From: an uncultured Desulfosarcina sp. | Lineage (GTDB): Bacteria; Desulfobacterota; Desulfobacteria; Desulfobacterales; Desulfosarcinaceae | Direction of reading: 5' to 3' | Length of the DNA stretch: 64,000 nucleotides | NCBI GenBank assembly: GCA_963674945.2 | Contig: CAXXWQ010000004.1 | Coordinates: forward strand, 3,072,001-3,136,000 | Shown here: piece by piece, positions 26,922-35,460 of the stretch | How positions within the stretch are numbered: the stretch's first letter is position 1 | Layout of the letters: each line of letters starts with the position of its first letter | Notes under the pieces: model-generated | What the model saw: only the letters and a program-made list of their open reading frames with translations | The model's database searches: none | Told to the model about the DNA's origin: nothing | Made by a program: the position numbers and the translations under genes

Positions 26922-27170
26922 ATGATGACAGAGATTTGGTCTTGTGAAATTTGTGGGCAGGAAGGTCCATTGATCGTTGCCGGTACGTGCTGAGGAGGCG
27001 AAAGCGAAGCCCGTGAGGCTGAGCAACCGAATGATATCGTTACTTTCCATATGGGAAAGATGTATTCAATCCGAACTTGCCGATTATGCCGGGACAAACA
27101 CAGTGACAACGACCTTCGCCAAAGGATTCGGGATAAGTTGAAAAAACCGAGCGCTTCAGCCAGACCGTAA
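26922..27170 (+). CDS. Candidate small selenoprotein (82 aa, CxxC...CU...CxxC), in-frame TGA at 26991-26993
   Basis: GGAAGGA RBS. Manual translation MMTEIWSCEICGQEGPLIVAGTC(U)GGESEAREAEQPNDIVTFHMGKMYSIRTCRLCRDKHSDNDLRQRIRDKLKKPSASARP. Frame stays open for 58 codons after the TGA. Confidence 0.65.
27004..27024 (+). promoter_or_regulatory. SECIS-like hairpin downstream of the in-frame UGA
   Basis: GC-GA-AGCC-cgtga-GGCT-GA-GC. Starts 11 nt after the UGA, with a G-containing apical loop about 19-20 nt downstream. Confidence 0.45.
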
Positions 27171-27213
27171 TATGAGGGAGTAAGCAATTGCTCTGCTATT
27201 TTCGAGCGTTCTG

Positions 27214-27732
27214 ATGTTTTTATTCAGGCAAGCAATATGGAAAAAGCAGCTTTCTGCTGTGATGATTTACTGGGTCGTCATCCCGTTTGCGGTGCTCGGC
27301 GGCGGACGGATAGCGGACGTTTTACTGCATTTTCCCGCTGCCGCGTATGGCTTTTTTCAGCAGGGTGCGGGATGGACTCTCGTTGCCGCCGGTGTCTTGC
27401 TGATTTGGCGGTCAATGGTGGACCTTGAAAGCGGCGGTGGCACGCCAAGCCCGTTTCGTCCCGCCAAACACCTTGTCACAATAGGGAGCTATCGCCTCTG
27501 TCGTCACCCCATGTGGCTGGGATATGATGCCGCTGCATTCGGAGTCATCCTGTTGGTCGGCTCCTGGGGGGCATTGCTGGCGAGCTACCCGTTGCTGTTG
27601 TTTTTTTCCATTCGCTTTCTGCGACGGGAAGAACAATTTCTTTTCATGAAATTCAAAACGGCGTATGCTGAGTACCGTCGGAAAACCCCGTTTTTGCTAC
27701 CGCGACTGCCGCTCGGAAGGAATAGAAAATGA
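27214..27732 (+). CDS. Isoprenylcysteine carboxyl methyltransferase / PEMT family membrane methyltransferase
   Basis: GGGTPSP..P...LV..G.Y...RHPM..G, EE..L...F...Y.EY....P, hydrophobic helices. Confidence 0.85.
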   Translation: MFLFRQAIWKKQLSAVMIYWVVIPFAVLGGGRIADVLLHFPAAAYGFFQQGAGWTLVAAGVLLIWRSMVDLESGGGTPSPFRPAKHLVTIGSYRLCRHPMWLGYDAAAFGVILLVGSWGALLASYPLLLFFSIRFLRREEQFLFMKFKTAYAEYRRKTPFLLPRLPLGRNRK

Positions 27733-28886
27733 ACGCCATGTTGCCGTTGACCGCATACCGCAAACTCTACCCTTCCTTGAAGGAGCACCAGATGATGGAA
27801 AAAAGCATCATCGCGATGCTCTCTGCCGAGTTGGAAGAAAAATATATCGATCAGAATCGGATCACCCGTCTGAGTCCGATCACATATGCCCAAAAAAATT
27901 TTTTTTCCATCCTTTTTCTTTCCATCTACCGAACCGTCGGCATTTCTTCAGAGAGGCGACTTTTCTATGGCATCATCAATCATTGCCTGCGCGGTCTGGT
28001 GACCGGTACGGATAATCTTCTCGACAATGAATATAAGGAGATGCTGCCGCTCGGTTTTGCCGAATCCGCCTATAAATTCAAAAGTGTCATGCATATTCTG
28101 CTATTCGACCGCTTCCTTTTCAAGATCATCGGCCGCATGCAGGACGACGGCATGATTACCAAGGACGATGTTGACCGGTTGCACGGAGCCATCTTCAAAG
28201 CCATCGTGCCCATTGGTGCCGAGGAGGCCTTGGAGGAAGGCGGTGTCAAAACCATCCTTCGGCCGGAAGAAATTCTGTCGGCAGTACATATATATAAAGG
28301 AGGCCGGCTGCTCTGCCTTGCCTTTGTTGCGCCGTTGTTGCTTGAACACAGGCCACACGCCCGGCTTGTCACAGCCGAAAAAGGCATCTATTGCATCGGC
28401 ATCAGCCTCCAGCTGATCGATGACATTACTGATTTCTACGAAGATATCGCGGCCGGCAATCACAATTATCTGGTCTCCTCCGTCCACTGGAACGGTTCCA
28501 TGGAGGAAAAGGAGCAGCTCGTCGGAATCCTGCGGAGTCACGGGGATGAAACACGTGCAGGTCCGGTGGAACAGCTCTTCCCATCCACCGTGCGTCTTGT
28601 CATCGGAAAGGCCATCGACGAAGCCATGGAAGGCTTTCGGCTGCTGGAGTCGGTGGGCTATTGGTGCACCCAGGTGCAAGCAATGGCCCTCGTCAAGTAT
28701 CTCTTCACGCTTCGCGGTTTGAAGCATCTTCTGCCTTATTTTCCGGACCACGCTATACAGCCGGCACCGTCCCCCGAATCCGAATCTCACACCGATAGCG
28801 GCGTTCAACATCTTTTGCCGAGTCGTTTTTCATGTGATCATGGCCAAACTGCGCCGCAAGACGATCAAGAATGTCCTGGTGCCTGA
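27729..28886 (+). CDS. Class I isoprenoid synthase/prenyltransferase-fold protein of unknown function
   Basis: Two Asp-rich motifs GTDNLLDNE and GISLQLIDDITDFYED, intervening YKGG. ATGA overlap with the methyltransferase. Confidence 0.55.
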   Translation: MNAMLPLTAYRKLYPSLKEHQMMEKSIIAMLSAELEEKYIDQNRITRLSPITYAQKNFFSILFLSIYRTVGISSERRLFYGIINHCLRGLVTGTDNLLDNEYKEMLPLGFAESAYKFKSVMHILLFDRFLFKIIGRMQDDGMITKDDVDRLHGAIFKAIVPIGAEEALEEGGVKTILRPEEILSAVHIYKGGRLLCLAFVAPLLLEHRPHARLVTAEKGIYCIGISLQLIDDITDFYEDIAAGNHNYLVSSVHWNGSMEEKEQLVGILRSHGDETRAGPVEQLFPSTVRLVIGKAIDEAMEGFRLLESVGYWCTQVQAMALVKYLFTLRGLKHLLPYFPDHAIQPAPSPESESHTDSGVQHLLPSRFSCDHGQTAPQDDQECPGA

Positions 28887-29004
28887 TATTGAACGCATCC
28901 GGTTTGAAAACAACCAGTCAGCAGAGAAAAGCGAGGGGCGTCAGGTGAGTTACCCTGATAACAGTTTTGGACGGAATTGGTGAAATGCTGTTATGAAAGG
29001 ATCC

Positions 29005-29030
29005 GGCACTTGGGGAGAACCCCAAGTGCC
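29005..29030. terminator. Hairpin between convergent genes
   Basis: GGCACTTGGGG-agaa-CCCCAAGTGCC. Confidence 0.65.
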
Positions 29031-29050
29031 AATCTGTAACCTTCGTTTGT

Positions 29051-29815
29051 CTATGCAGCCGTCCAGCCGGCATCGGCAGGAATGATTGCTCCGTTTACGA
29101 ACTTCGAATCATCCGATGCAAGAAACAACGCCAGGTTGGCGATGTCTGTGGACGTGCCCAAGCCTGGCATGATCCCTATATATGTCTTTATGCGTTCATT
29201 TCCCTTGGGGTCGATTCTTGACAGGTCGCTGCTCTCCAGGATGTTTGTCGCCACGCCTCCGGGACAAATGGCATTACAGCGAATGCCGTCCTTTGCGTAA
29301 ATCCATGCCGTGCTGCGTGTTAAACCCACGACACCGTGCTTCGATACCACGTATGCCACACCCGCTGGAGCGCCGCTAACACCTGCGGTTGACGCGATGT
29401 TGATGATGGAACCGCCACCTTGTTTGACCATGGTGGGGATGGCGCATCGCGAAGTGAACATGGGGCCATTGAGATTGACACCAAGCGTGCGCTCCCACGC
29501 ATCGTTGGTCAGCTCTCCGACGCCTTGCCATAAATCGTTCACACCGGCATTGTTGACCAATATATCGATCTTTCCATATGTACTGACGGCAAGATTGACA
29601 AGTGCTTCCGCATCTGACTGTTCCGCCATATTGCCTTGAAGCCCCGTGATATCGCGGCCTTCGTCGTTTAATTTGGCAACAAGTTTATCCAACGATTCGG
29701 CATTCCAGTCATTTGCCACAATTTTCGCTCCTTCTTGGGCAAACAACTCAGCCATGGCGAGTCCCATACCGGAACCAGCTCCCGTTATTACTGCAATCTT
29801 TCCATTCAATCTCAT
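29051..29815 (-). CDS. SDR family oxidoreductase
   Basis: TGAGSGMG, LVNNAG, YVVSK. Start MRLNGK with AGGAG RBS. Confidence 0.88.
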   Translation of the reverse strand: MRLNGKIAVITGAGSGMGLAMAELFAQEGAKIVANDWNAESLDKLVAKLNDEGRDITGLQGNMAEQSDAEALVNLAVSTYGKIDILVNNAGVNDLWQGVGELTNDAWERTLGVNLNGPMFTSRCAIPTMVKQGGGSIINIASTAGVSGAPAGVAYVVSKHGVVGLTRSTAWIYAKDGIRCNAICPGGVATNILESSDLSRIDPKGNERIKTYIGIMPGLGTSTDIANLALFLASDDSKFVNGAIIPADAGWTAA

Positions 29816-30211
29816 TTTGAATACTCCTTTCAAATGGCCATACCACAAACTTTATCCAGCGCTCTGTTTTTCATAACCATTTTCTAATCTGAAAGACCTT
29901 GCCCTAATTTACAAGAAAAAACAATTCTATATTTTGACAAACAAAACATCTAATTTTGTATCTTATATATTTACGAGGTGTTACAAAGATGATAAATTTT
30001 TCTTAAATATTGAATTTATGATACGGTGCAAGCTCACATATCCCGACATGATTTCCATCATCGGTTGATAGCGTTACAATCAGCACAATTGAATCAGAAT
30101 TCAGCGCCGCCGCCGACCTTTGGCCGGTTTGAACGACAACTGAAACTATGCCATTTTGGCGTAGTTTCATACGAGAATTTTTTGGTTCGTTGCGAACAAA
30201 AGGATAATCCA

Positions 30212-31123
30212 ATGAAAAAAAATGTGGTTGTCATCGGAGGCAGCTATTTTGCCGGAAGAGTATTTTCCATACACGCCGCAAAAGGTGAACGGCTGGCCCT
30301 GCATGTCGTAAATCGTGGTAAGTACAAGCTCAATCTGCCTGGTGTGAGGGAGTATCAATGCGATCGGCACGATACAGATACGTTTTCTCAAATTCTGCCG
30401 GATATAAGGTATGACGCTGTTGTGGATTTCTGCGGTTATCATCCCAAGGAGATAAGCGCCATTATCCATTCCTTGCCAGAAAGAATAGGACAGTACATAT
30501 TCATCAGCACCAGCAGTGTGTATGCGACCACAGGCATAAAAAAAGAGGGAGATCCCATCATAACGGTATCACCCAACGAAACAGACCCAACAAAAGAGTA
30601 TCTTTTCAACAAAGTCCGTTTGGAACGAGAACTGAAAGAGACGTGCGGGAATGCGAAAATACCATACACCATCGTTCGTCCATGCTTTATATATGGGCCG
30701 TATAACTACGCTCCCCGGGAGTCATATTTCATAGAAAAAATCGTGAAAGGCATCCCGGTGCCGGAACCGGAGGATGCACGTGCAAAGTTCAGCATGGTCT
30801 ATGTCCTGGATGTTGCCCGCGCCCTTGAAGCGTTTGTTGGAGATAAAAAGGCATTTGACGAAGTATTCAATCTCGCAGGCGTGGAACAGGTAACATATGC
30901 CACCCTGTTTTCCGAGCTCGAGCGCTGCAACGGCAAGGGATTTTCCAAAATACCGATGACGGTATCACAGGCCCAGGCTGATAAAATCCCTTTTCCCTTT
31001 CCTTTGAATGTGGACGATCTTTGCAGCGGAGAAAAAATGGCACAGGCCTTTGGGTTACCATACACACCTTTCACCAATGGGATGGAGAAAGCATTTGCGG
31101 CATTCAAATCGGTATTTTCCTGA
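30212..31123 (+). CDS. NAD-dependent epimerase/dehydratase family (extended SDR)
   Basis: VIGGSYFAG, NRG, ISTSSVY, Y...K, RP..IYGP. Start MKKNV. Confidence 0.8.
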   Translation: MKKNVVVIGGSYFAGRVFSIHAAKGERLALHVVNRGKYKLNLPGVREYQCDRHDTDTFSQILPDIRYDAVVDFCGYHPKEISAIIHSLPERIGQYIFISTSSVYATTGIKKEGDPIITVSPNETDPTKEYLFNKVRLERELKETCGNAKIPYTIVRPCFIYGPYNYAPRESYFIEKIVKGIPVPEPEDARAKFSMVYVLDVARALEAFVGDKKAFDEVFNLAGVEQVTYATLFSELERCNGKGFSKIPMTVSQAQADKIPFPFPLNVDDLCSGEKMAQAFGLPYTPFTNGMEKAFAAFKSVFS

Positions 31124-31223
31124 ATTAAACAAGATGTGCATGTAAAAGGTCGCTGTTCAGACGGAATCGCAAAACAAGGAGACAAAACATGGAACTGGAC
31201 ATGAGTCGGAATTTCTTGATAGC

Positions 31224-31343
31224 ATGGTCATATTCGGTAAGAATACGCGGGCGTTCAATGAAAAAATCAGTAAGGATCCACGAGTAAAACTCCTGATCCT
31301 GCCCTTTGAAGATGGCCTGACCGTTGCTGTTAAAAAGCCCTAA
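31224..31343 (+). pseudogene. C-terminal remnant of a class I O-methyltransferase (caffeoyl-CoA OMT-like)
   Basis: AFNEKISKDPRVKLLILPFEDGLTVAVKKP*. In-frame stop at 31143 upstream, so no N-terminal domain. Confidence 0.55.
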
Positions 31344-31470
31344 GCAAACAAGAAAAGAACCGTAATTTTGTCTGTCTGCGACGCATCACCATCGGTGCAT
31401 ACTGCGAATGAATGCCGGTGGCGAGATGTTTCGGTGATAAAGCGTGTCCAAGATGGGCCATTGGAAACAC

Positions 31471-33759
31471 CTATGGTTTATTGAACTTTCTGGCCAGATC
31501 ATTGTCGATGACATAAATACAAATCGCCTTTGCTCCCAGCTCGGTATATCGGTATTTTTTCATGAGGTTGTTCATCAAGAAGGTAACATCCCCGCGGATT
31601 TTTTTGTCATATGTTTTAAAGTCTTCTTCGGCATAATCTTTTATTGCCCGACGGAAATTTTCGTTTTCCAGGAAGGGGTCCAGCACTTTTTCCTTCAAGT
31701 TGTATTCGTATCGCTCCTTTAAAGATTGAAAAAGCTGGGTTTCCGTAGGCAGTGTTCCCGCAACCATGATTTCCTGGGTCAGGGTCCGGGAAGTATACTC
31801 TTTTTGCGTTTCTTTTCTGAAATCGATCCGTTTTTTCTGTTCCGCCTGATTACCAAGAATGCGTTTTTCGAAGGTGTCCAGCAAGTCTTCCGTGATGTGG
31901 ATATTCTCTCCCGTGAATTTACAGGTTTCAATGGTTCCGGGCTCAAAATTCACGGAAAACATGTAGTGTAAAATTTCCCGGGCGATCTGTTCCTCATTAT
32001 AGTAGTACAAGGATTCCTTTACCTCCTGAAGGATCGAAAAATCGTATAGCAGCAAGAGTGAATCTAAAAAACCTTCCGGTATGGTTGCTTTCAATTCCTT
32101 CTGTCCATGGAAGAACTTACACAGCATACTCATATCGATCAGGGCACCGGATTTTGCATAGGTGGTGTAAAAGGTGTTAAAGATCTTAATGGAATCGCGT
32201 CCCGAAATTCCCTCCCTCCCCTCGGTTTCCGACTCACCGATGATGCGACGGCGACGCTTGGCGGTAAGAGCCTTTCGGTCTTCCTCGGATAACCAGCCAG
32301 GGATGTGGCCGGTATAGATTTCCATTTTCAGCAGTTGCAGGTTTTTGTCACAGTATCGCCGGTATTTTTCCGGTTCGGGAATCCATTCCAACATGGCGTC
32401 GGAGCGAAGACTCAATCTCGACGAGATGATGACGCGCGCGAAGTTGTGGAGAACGCGGGGCAGAAAATTATCGTCAATACGTGAGCCGAAAATATTTCTG
32501 TATATCTCTACTTCGGTGTTAAGATCGAGCACATAGGGGATGTTGATGTAAACGATCCGGTCGGAGAAAGACTGGAACTCCTTTATGTTTTTTTTGTCCT
32601 CCGGATTCATCAGGGCCAGAAATAAAGAACTGACGTTCTCTTCGATATCTTCCACTTTGTGAAGACCTTCACTGATGATATTGTGTAATTCAATGAGACG
32701 TTCGATGTTGTGGGATTTGATATCCATCAAGGCATAAATGCCGTTGTTGGTTTTGGCAAACCGGGAGAAGATATAGCGCACCTGGTTGCTGTCCGAAAAA
32801 AGACGGTTAATCGTTCGCTGCAGGTAATCGTTGGAGAGAATAAGTTGTTTGACCGGTCGATCTCCTGGGCTGAACACGCTGATTCCTTTTCCCAGCCGTC
32901 GATTGAAGGTGTATGGAACGGCATAAACCATTTCGAACACCTTTGCCGGGTTCTTCAATCGCGTCAATAATGCTTCATAGAGTGATCCGCAGATCGTGCA
33001 GGGAAGATCATGGAAAATCCACTCGTATGCCTTGTCGGTGAACAGCGTGTACTTGAATTCGTTGTTATCGAACAGGTCATCGAGAAATTGCCGTCTATAA
33101 TTTTTGGGTATTATAAGAAGCGGATTGTCATGGCAAGGGCAGGGGACTTCCACATAATCAGTATATGCTCCGGGAAGCGCCATGGCTTGGACGGTATCGA
33201 ACTGTTTTTTATTCGGGTCCTGCTGCATCTGAAACAGGCTCTCCAATATGGAGGCGGTTTCATTTCCAGACTCCTGGCTCAGTTGCCGGCGGTCCAACCG
33301 CCATACGGTTTCATAGCGCAGGCCCGAATCGGTATTGGCATATTCCTCGAATCGTTTCAGCAAATTGTTTAAAAAAGTGCTTTTCCCACAGCCGTGGGGG
33401 CCGTCGAAAATATAAATTTTATTTTGCTGGGCGCCACTGCGAAGCGCGTCCACGTGATTCACCAACCGGTTAGCGAAAAGCCGGTCTGCAAAAAAGGGGT
33501 GATCCGAGTCCTCTACGAACAAACGGCTGCAGTCATAGCTCACGTATCGGATCGACTCCGGATCGTTGGGGTACTCATCAACGCCTTCACCCACGTAGGT
33601 TTTAAACAGATCATAAAAGACCTGGAATACATTGCGGATGGTACCCATGGGATTTTTTTGCACCATACGGAGAAAGTCTTCGAAGGAGATGGCTTCGCGG
33701 CCTTTTAATCCGCCGCTGCCGATATCGATATGCCGCATCGCTTTTTTGATGTTTTCCAT
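31471..33759 (-). CDS. PrkA/YeaG-like AAA+ ATPase (serine protein kinase family), second copy
   Basis: Walker A GPHGCGKS, PCHDNPL, F.DRI..I.IPY.L...E..IY, EGISGR. Confidence 0.75.
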   Translation of the reverse strand: MENIKKAMRHIDIGSGGLKGREAISFEDFLRMVQKNPMGTIRNVFQVFYDLFKTYVGEGVDEYPNDPESIRYVSYDCSRLFVEDSDHPFFADRLFANRLVNHVDALRSGAQQNKIYIFDGPHGCGKSTFLNNLLKRFEEYANTDSGLRYETVWRLDRRQLSQESGNETASILESLFQMQQDPNKKQFDTVQAMALPGAYTDYVEVPCPCHDNPLLIIPKNYRRQFLDDLFDNNEFKYTLFTDKAYEWIFHDLPCTICGSLYEALLTRLKNPAKVFEMVYAVPYTFNRRLGKGISVFSPGDRPVKQLILSNDYLQRTINRLFSDSNQVRYIFSRFAKTNNGIYALMDIKSHNIERLIELHNIISEGLHKVEDIEENVSSLFLALMNPEDKKNIKEFQSFSDRIVYINIPYVLDLNTEVEIYRNIFGSRIDDNFLPRVLHNFARVIISSRLSLRSDAMLEWIPEPEKYRRYCDKNLQLLKMEIYTGHIPGWLSEEDRKALTAKRRRRIIGESETEGREGISGRDSIKIFNTFYTTYAKSGALIDMSMLCKFFHGQKELKATIPEGFLDSLLLLYDFSILQEVKESLYYYNEEQIAREILHYMFSVNFEPGTIETCKFTGENIHITEDLLDTFEKRILGNQAEQKKRIDFRKETQKEYTSRTLTQEIMVAGTLPTETQLFQSLKERYEYNLKEKVLDPFLENENFRRAIKDYAEEDFKTYDKKIRGDVTFLMNNLMKKYRYTELGAKAICIYVIDNDLARKFNKP

Positions 33760-33771
33760 AACACCTCGATC

Positions 33772-35427
33772 CTAAAGAACCTTTCTGCTTAGCTTTCGGC
33801 CTTTCATTGTGTATAGGACCCGTTGCCAACTCATTTCCCGCGGTCTCGGGTCATCTACTGGCTTTGCCGCAGCAAGACCGGGCAAAAAGGGACTTCTCGG
33901 CGTTTGCGTTGTGGCAACCAACTCCGTCGTTTCCAGACACACCGGCCCTCCCCACAGATATTCAATGCCGAGCATGGTATTGGGTATGTAATCGGTCAAG
34001 AGGGGTTTGCCTTCAAACTTGTGATTTAAATACAGGCTGTTTTCCCTGGTCTTTTCCAGGTCCACTTCGATGCTCGGCGGATGGTACAAGGACGTCATGA
34101 TCATGTCCCGATAATCATCCGCTTTTCGGCTCTTCACGTAATACTCCCAAACCATCTTTTTTTGGTTCAACCGTCTTCCAGCCACGAAGAGTTTGTTTTT
34201 GCTAACGAAATCCTGATCCACGAAATTTTTAATAAAGGTGAAGTCGGAAAAATTCTCTCTAACATGGAAGATATACGATTTGCCTTTTCCGGTCTTCTCG
34301 TCATAGACTTTGCGACGTTCGGTATCGGCCAGATTCTGGTATTCCCATGAAATCTTGCCCTTTTCCGCCATCTCTTCCAAATAGTAAAACAGGCGCATTC
34401 CCAATGCATAGGGATTAAGTCCCACCCTGGGCATCGACGTTACACCGGCATTGACCCGGGCAAAGTCCACCTCGTGCCCCTTGATGCGGTCGTCTTTCAT
34501 ATATAAGGTTTCATGCCAATAGGAAGCCCACCCTTCGTTCATGATTTTGGTGCGAATCTGGGGCTGGAAAAACAGCGCTGTTTTCCGAATCACATGAATG
34601 ACCATCAGCATCCATTGATTCTCCTCCTTGCGCAACCTTTTGGAATTCTCGACGATGAACTCCAAAAGGTCCTGGGGCTTTTGCCTTTTCGTTTCCTGGT
34701 ATTTCTTGAACAGGCTGGCGAATTCAGGATATCGTCGGTCGATCCGTGAAAAGAACCGCTGCTCACCCATGACGGGATCCTCTTTCACATCGGCGTTGTA
34801 TTGCTCCAACTCCTTAATGTATTTGCTGATGTTGACCTTGGCGATATCCTGAAGATAGATGTCGAAATAGTAGTCGACTTTCGCACTATAGTCCGGTTTC
34901 TTTTTGATAAAGAGCGTCGACAGCAATTCGTGATATCCGACGAGGTTGTCTATTCCTCTTGCGAATTCAATCACATAGTCCACCCAGCGCCCCCTCTCCG
35001 ATCGAAGCTTGGCGATGGTGCGTTTGTCCGATAGTGCCTCACCATTGAAATCATAGTCCCAGGTGTGTCGAAAAAAAAGATTGTTCTGGAAGAAATCGAT
35101 ATGGCCGATCACATGATAGAAGATCATCACGTTGAGCCAATCCGGATTGTTGTCGTTGTAGAAAGAGATTGCAGGACGCGTATTGATTACCGTCTCGTAT
35201 GGATTGCCCGGATAGAGCTCGTATTTGCCTTTTTCCTTGAGCACTTCAACGTCGTGCACCCAGTAGTCATAAAGGGTGGGAATCATCACCTTGGGTGTAA
35301 GTTCGATGAGGTCCCGGTTGGTGACGATATATTCCAGCGTTTCGTCCTCGAAACGCAAGCCGGCGTCACGTGCACGCGCTTTGCATCCTTCCATGATGGA
35401 TTTGGTATGTTGGTCGATCAGTTCCAT
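33772..35427 (-). CDS. SpoVR/YcgB family protein
   Basis: YETVINT.P, HVIGHIDFF.NN..F, F.PQ..TKIMNEGWASYWH, NPY.LG. Confidence 0.92.
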   Translation of the reverse strand: MELIDQHTKSIMEGCKARARDAGLRFEDETLEYIVTNRDLIELTPKVMIPTLYDYWVHDVEVLKEKGKYELYPGNPYETVINTRPAISFYNDNNPDWLNVMIFYHVIGHIDFFQNNLFFRHTWDYDFNGEALSDKRTIAKLRSERGRWVDYVIEFARGIDNLVGYHELLSTLFIKKKPDYSAKVDYYFDIYLQDIAKVNISKYIKELEQYNADVKEDPVMGEQRFFSRIDRRYPEFASLFKKYQETKRQKPQDLLEFIVENSKRLRKEENQWMLMVIHVIRKTALFFQPQIRTKIMNEGWASYWHETLYMKDDRIKGHEVDFARVNAGVTSMPRVGLNPYALGMRLFYYLEEMAEKGKISWEYQNLADTERRKVYDEKTGKGKSYIFHVRENFSDFTFIKNFVDQDFVSKNKLFVAGRRLNQKKMVWEYYVKSRKADDYRDMIMTSLYHPPSIEVDLEKTRENSLYLNHKFEGKPLLTDYIPNTMLGIEYLWGGPVCLETTELVATTQTPRSPFLPGLAAAKPVDDPRPREMSWQRVLYTMKGRKLSRKVL

Positions 35428-35460
35428 GGGTTCTTTCGTTTCCGCCCCATAATGAACGCA

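Noticed and set aside
26847..27187. Minus-strand ORFs of 67 and 108 aa in the track
   Set aside because: No RBS or motifs. The plus-strand UGA-containing frame has a promoter, an RBS and paired CxxC motifs.
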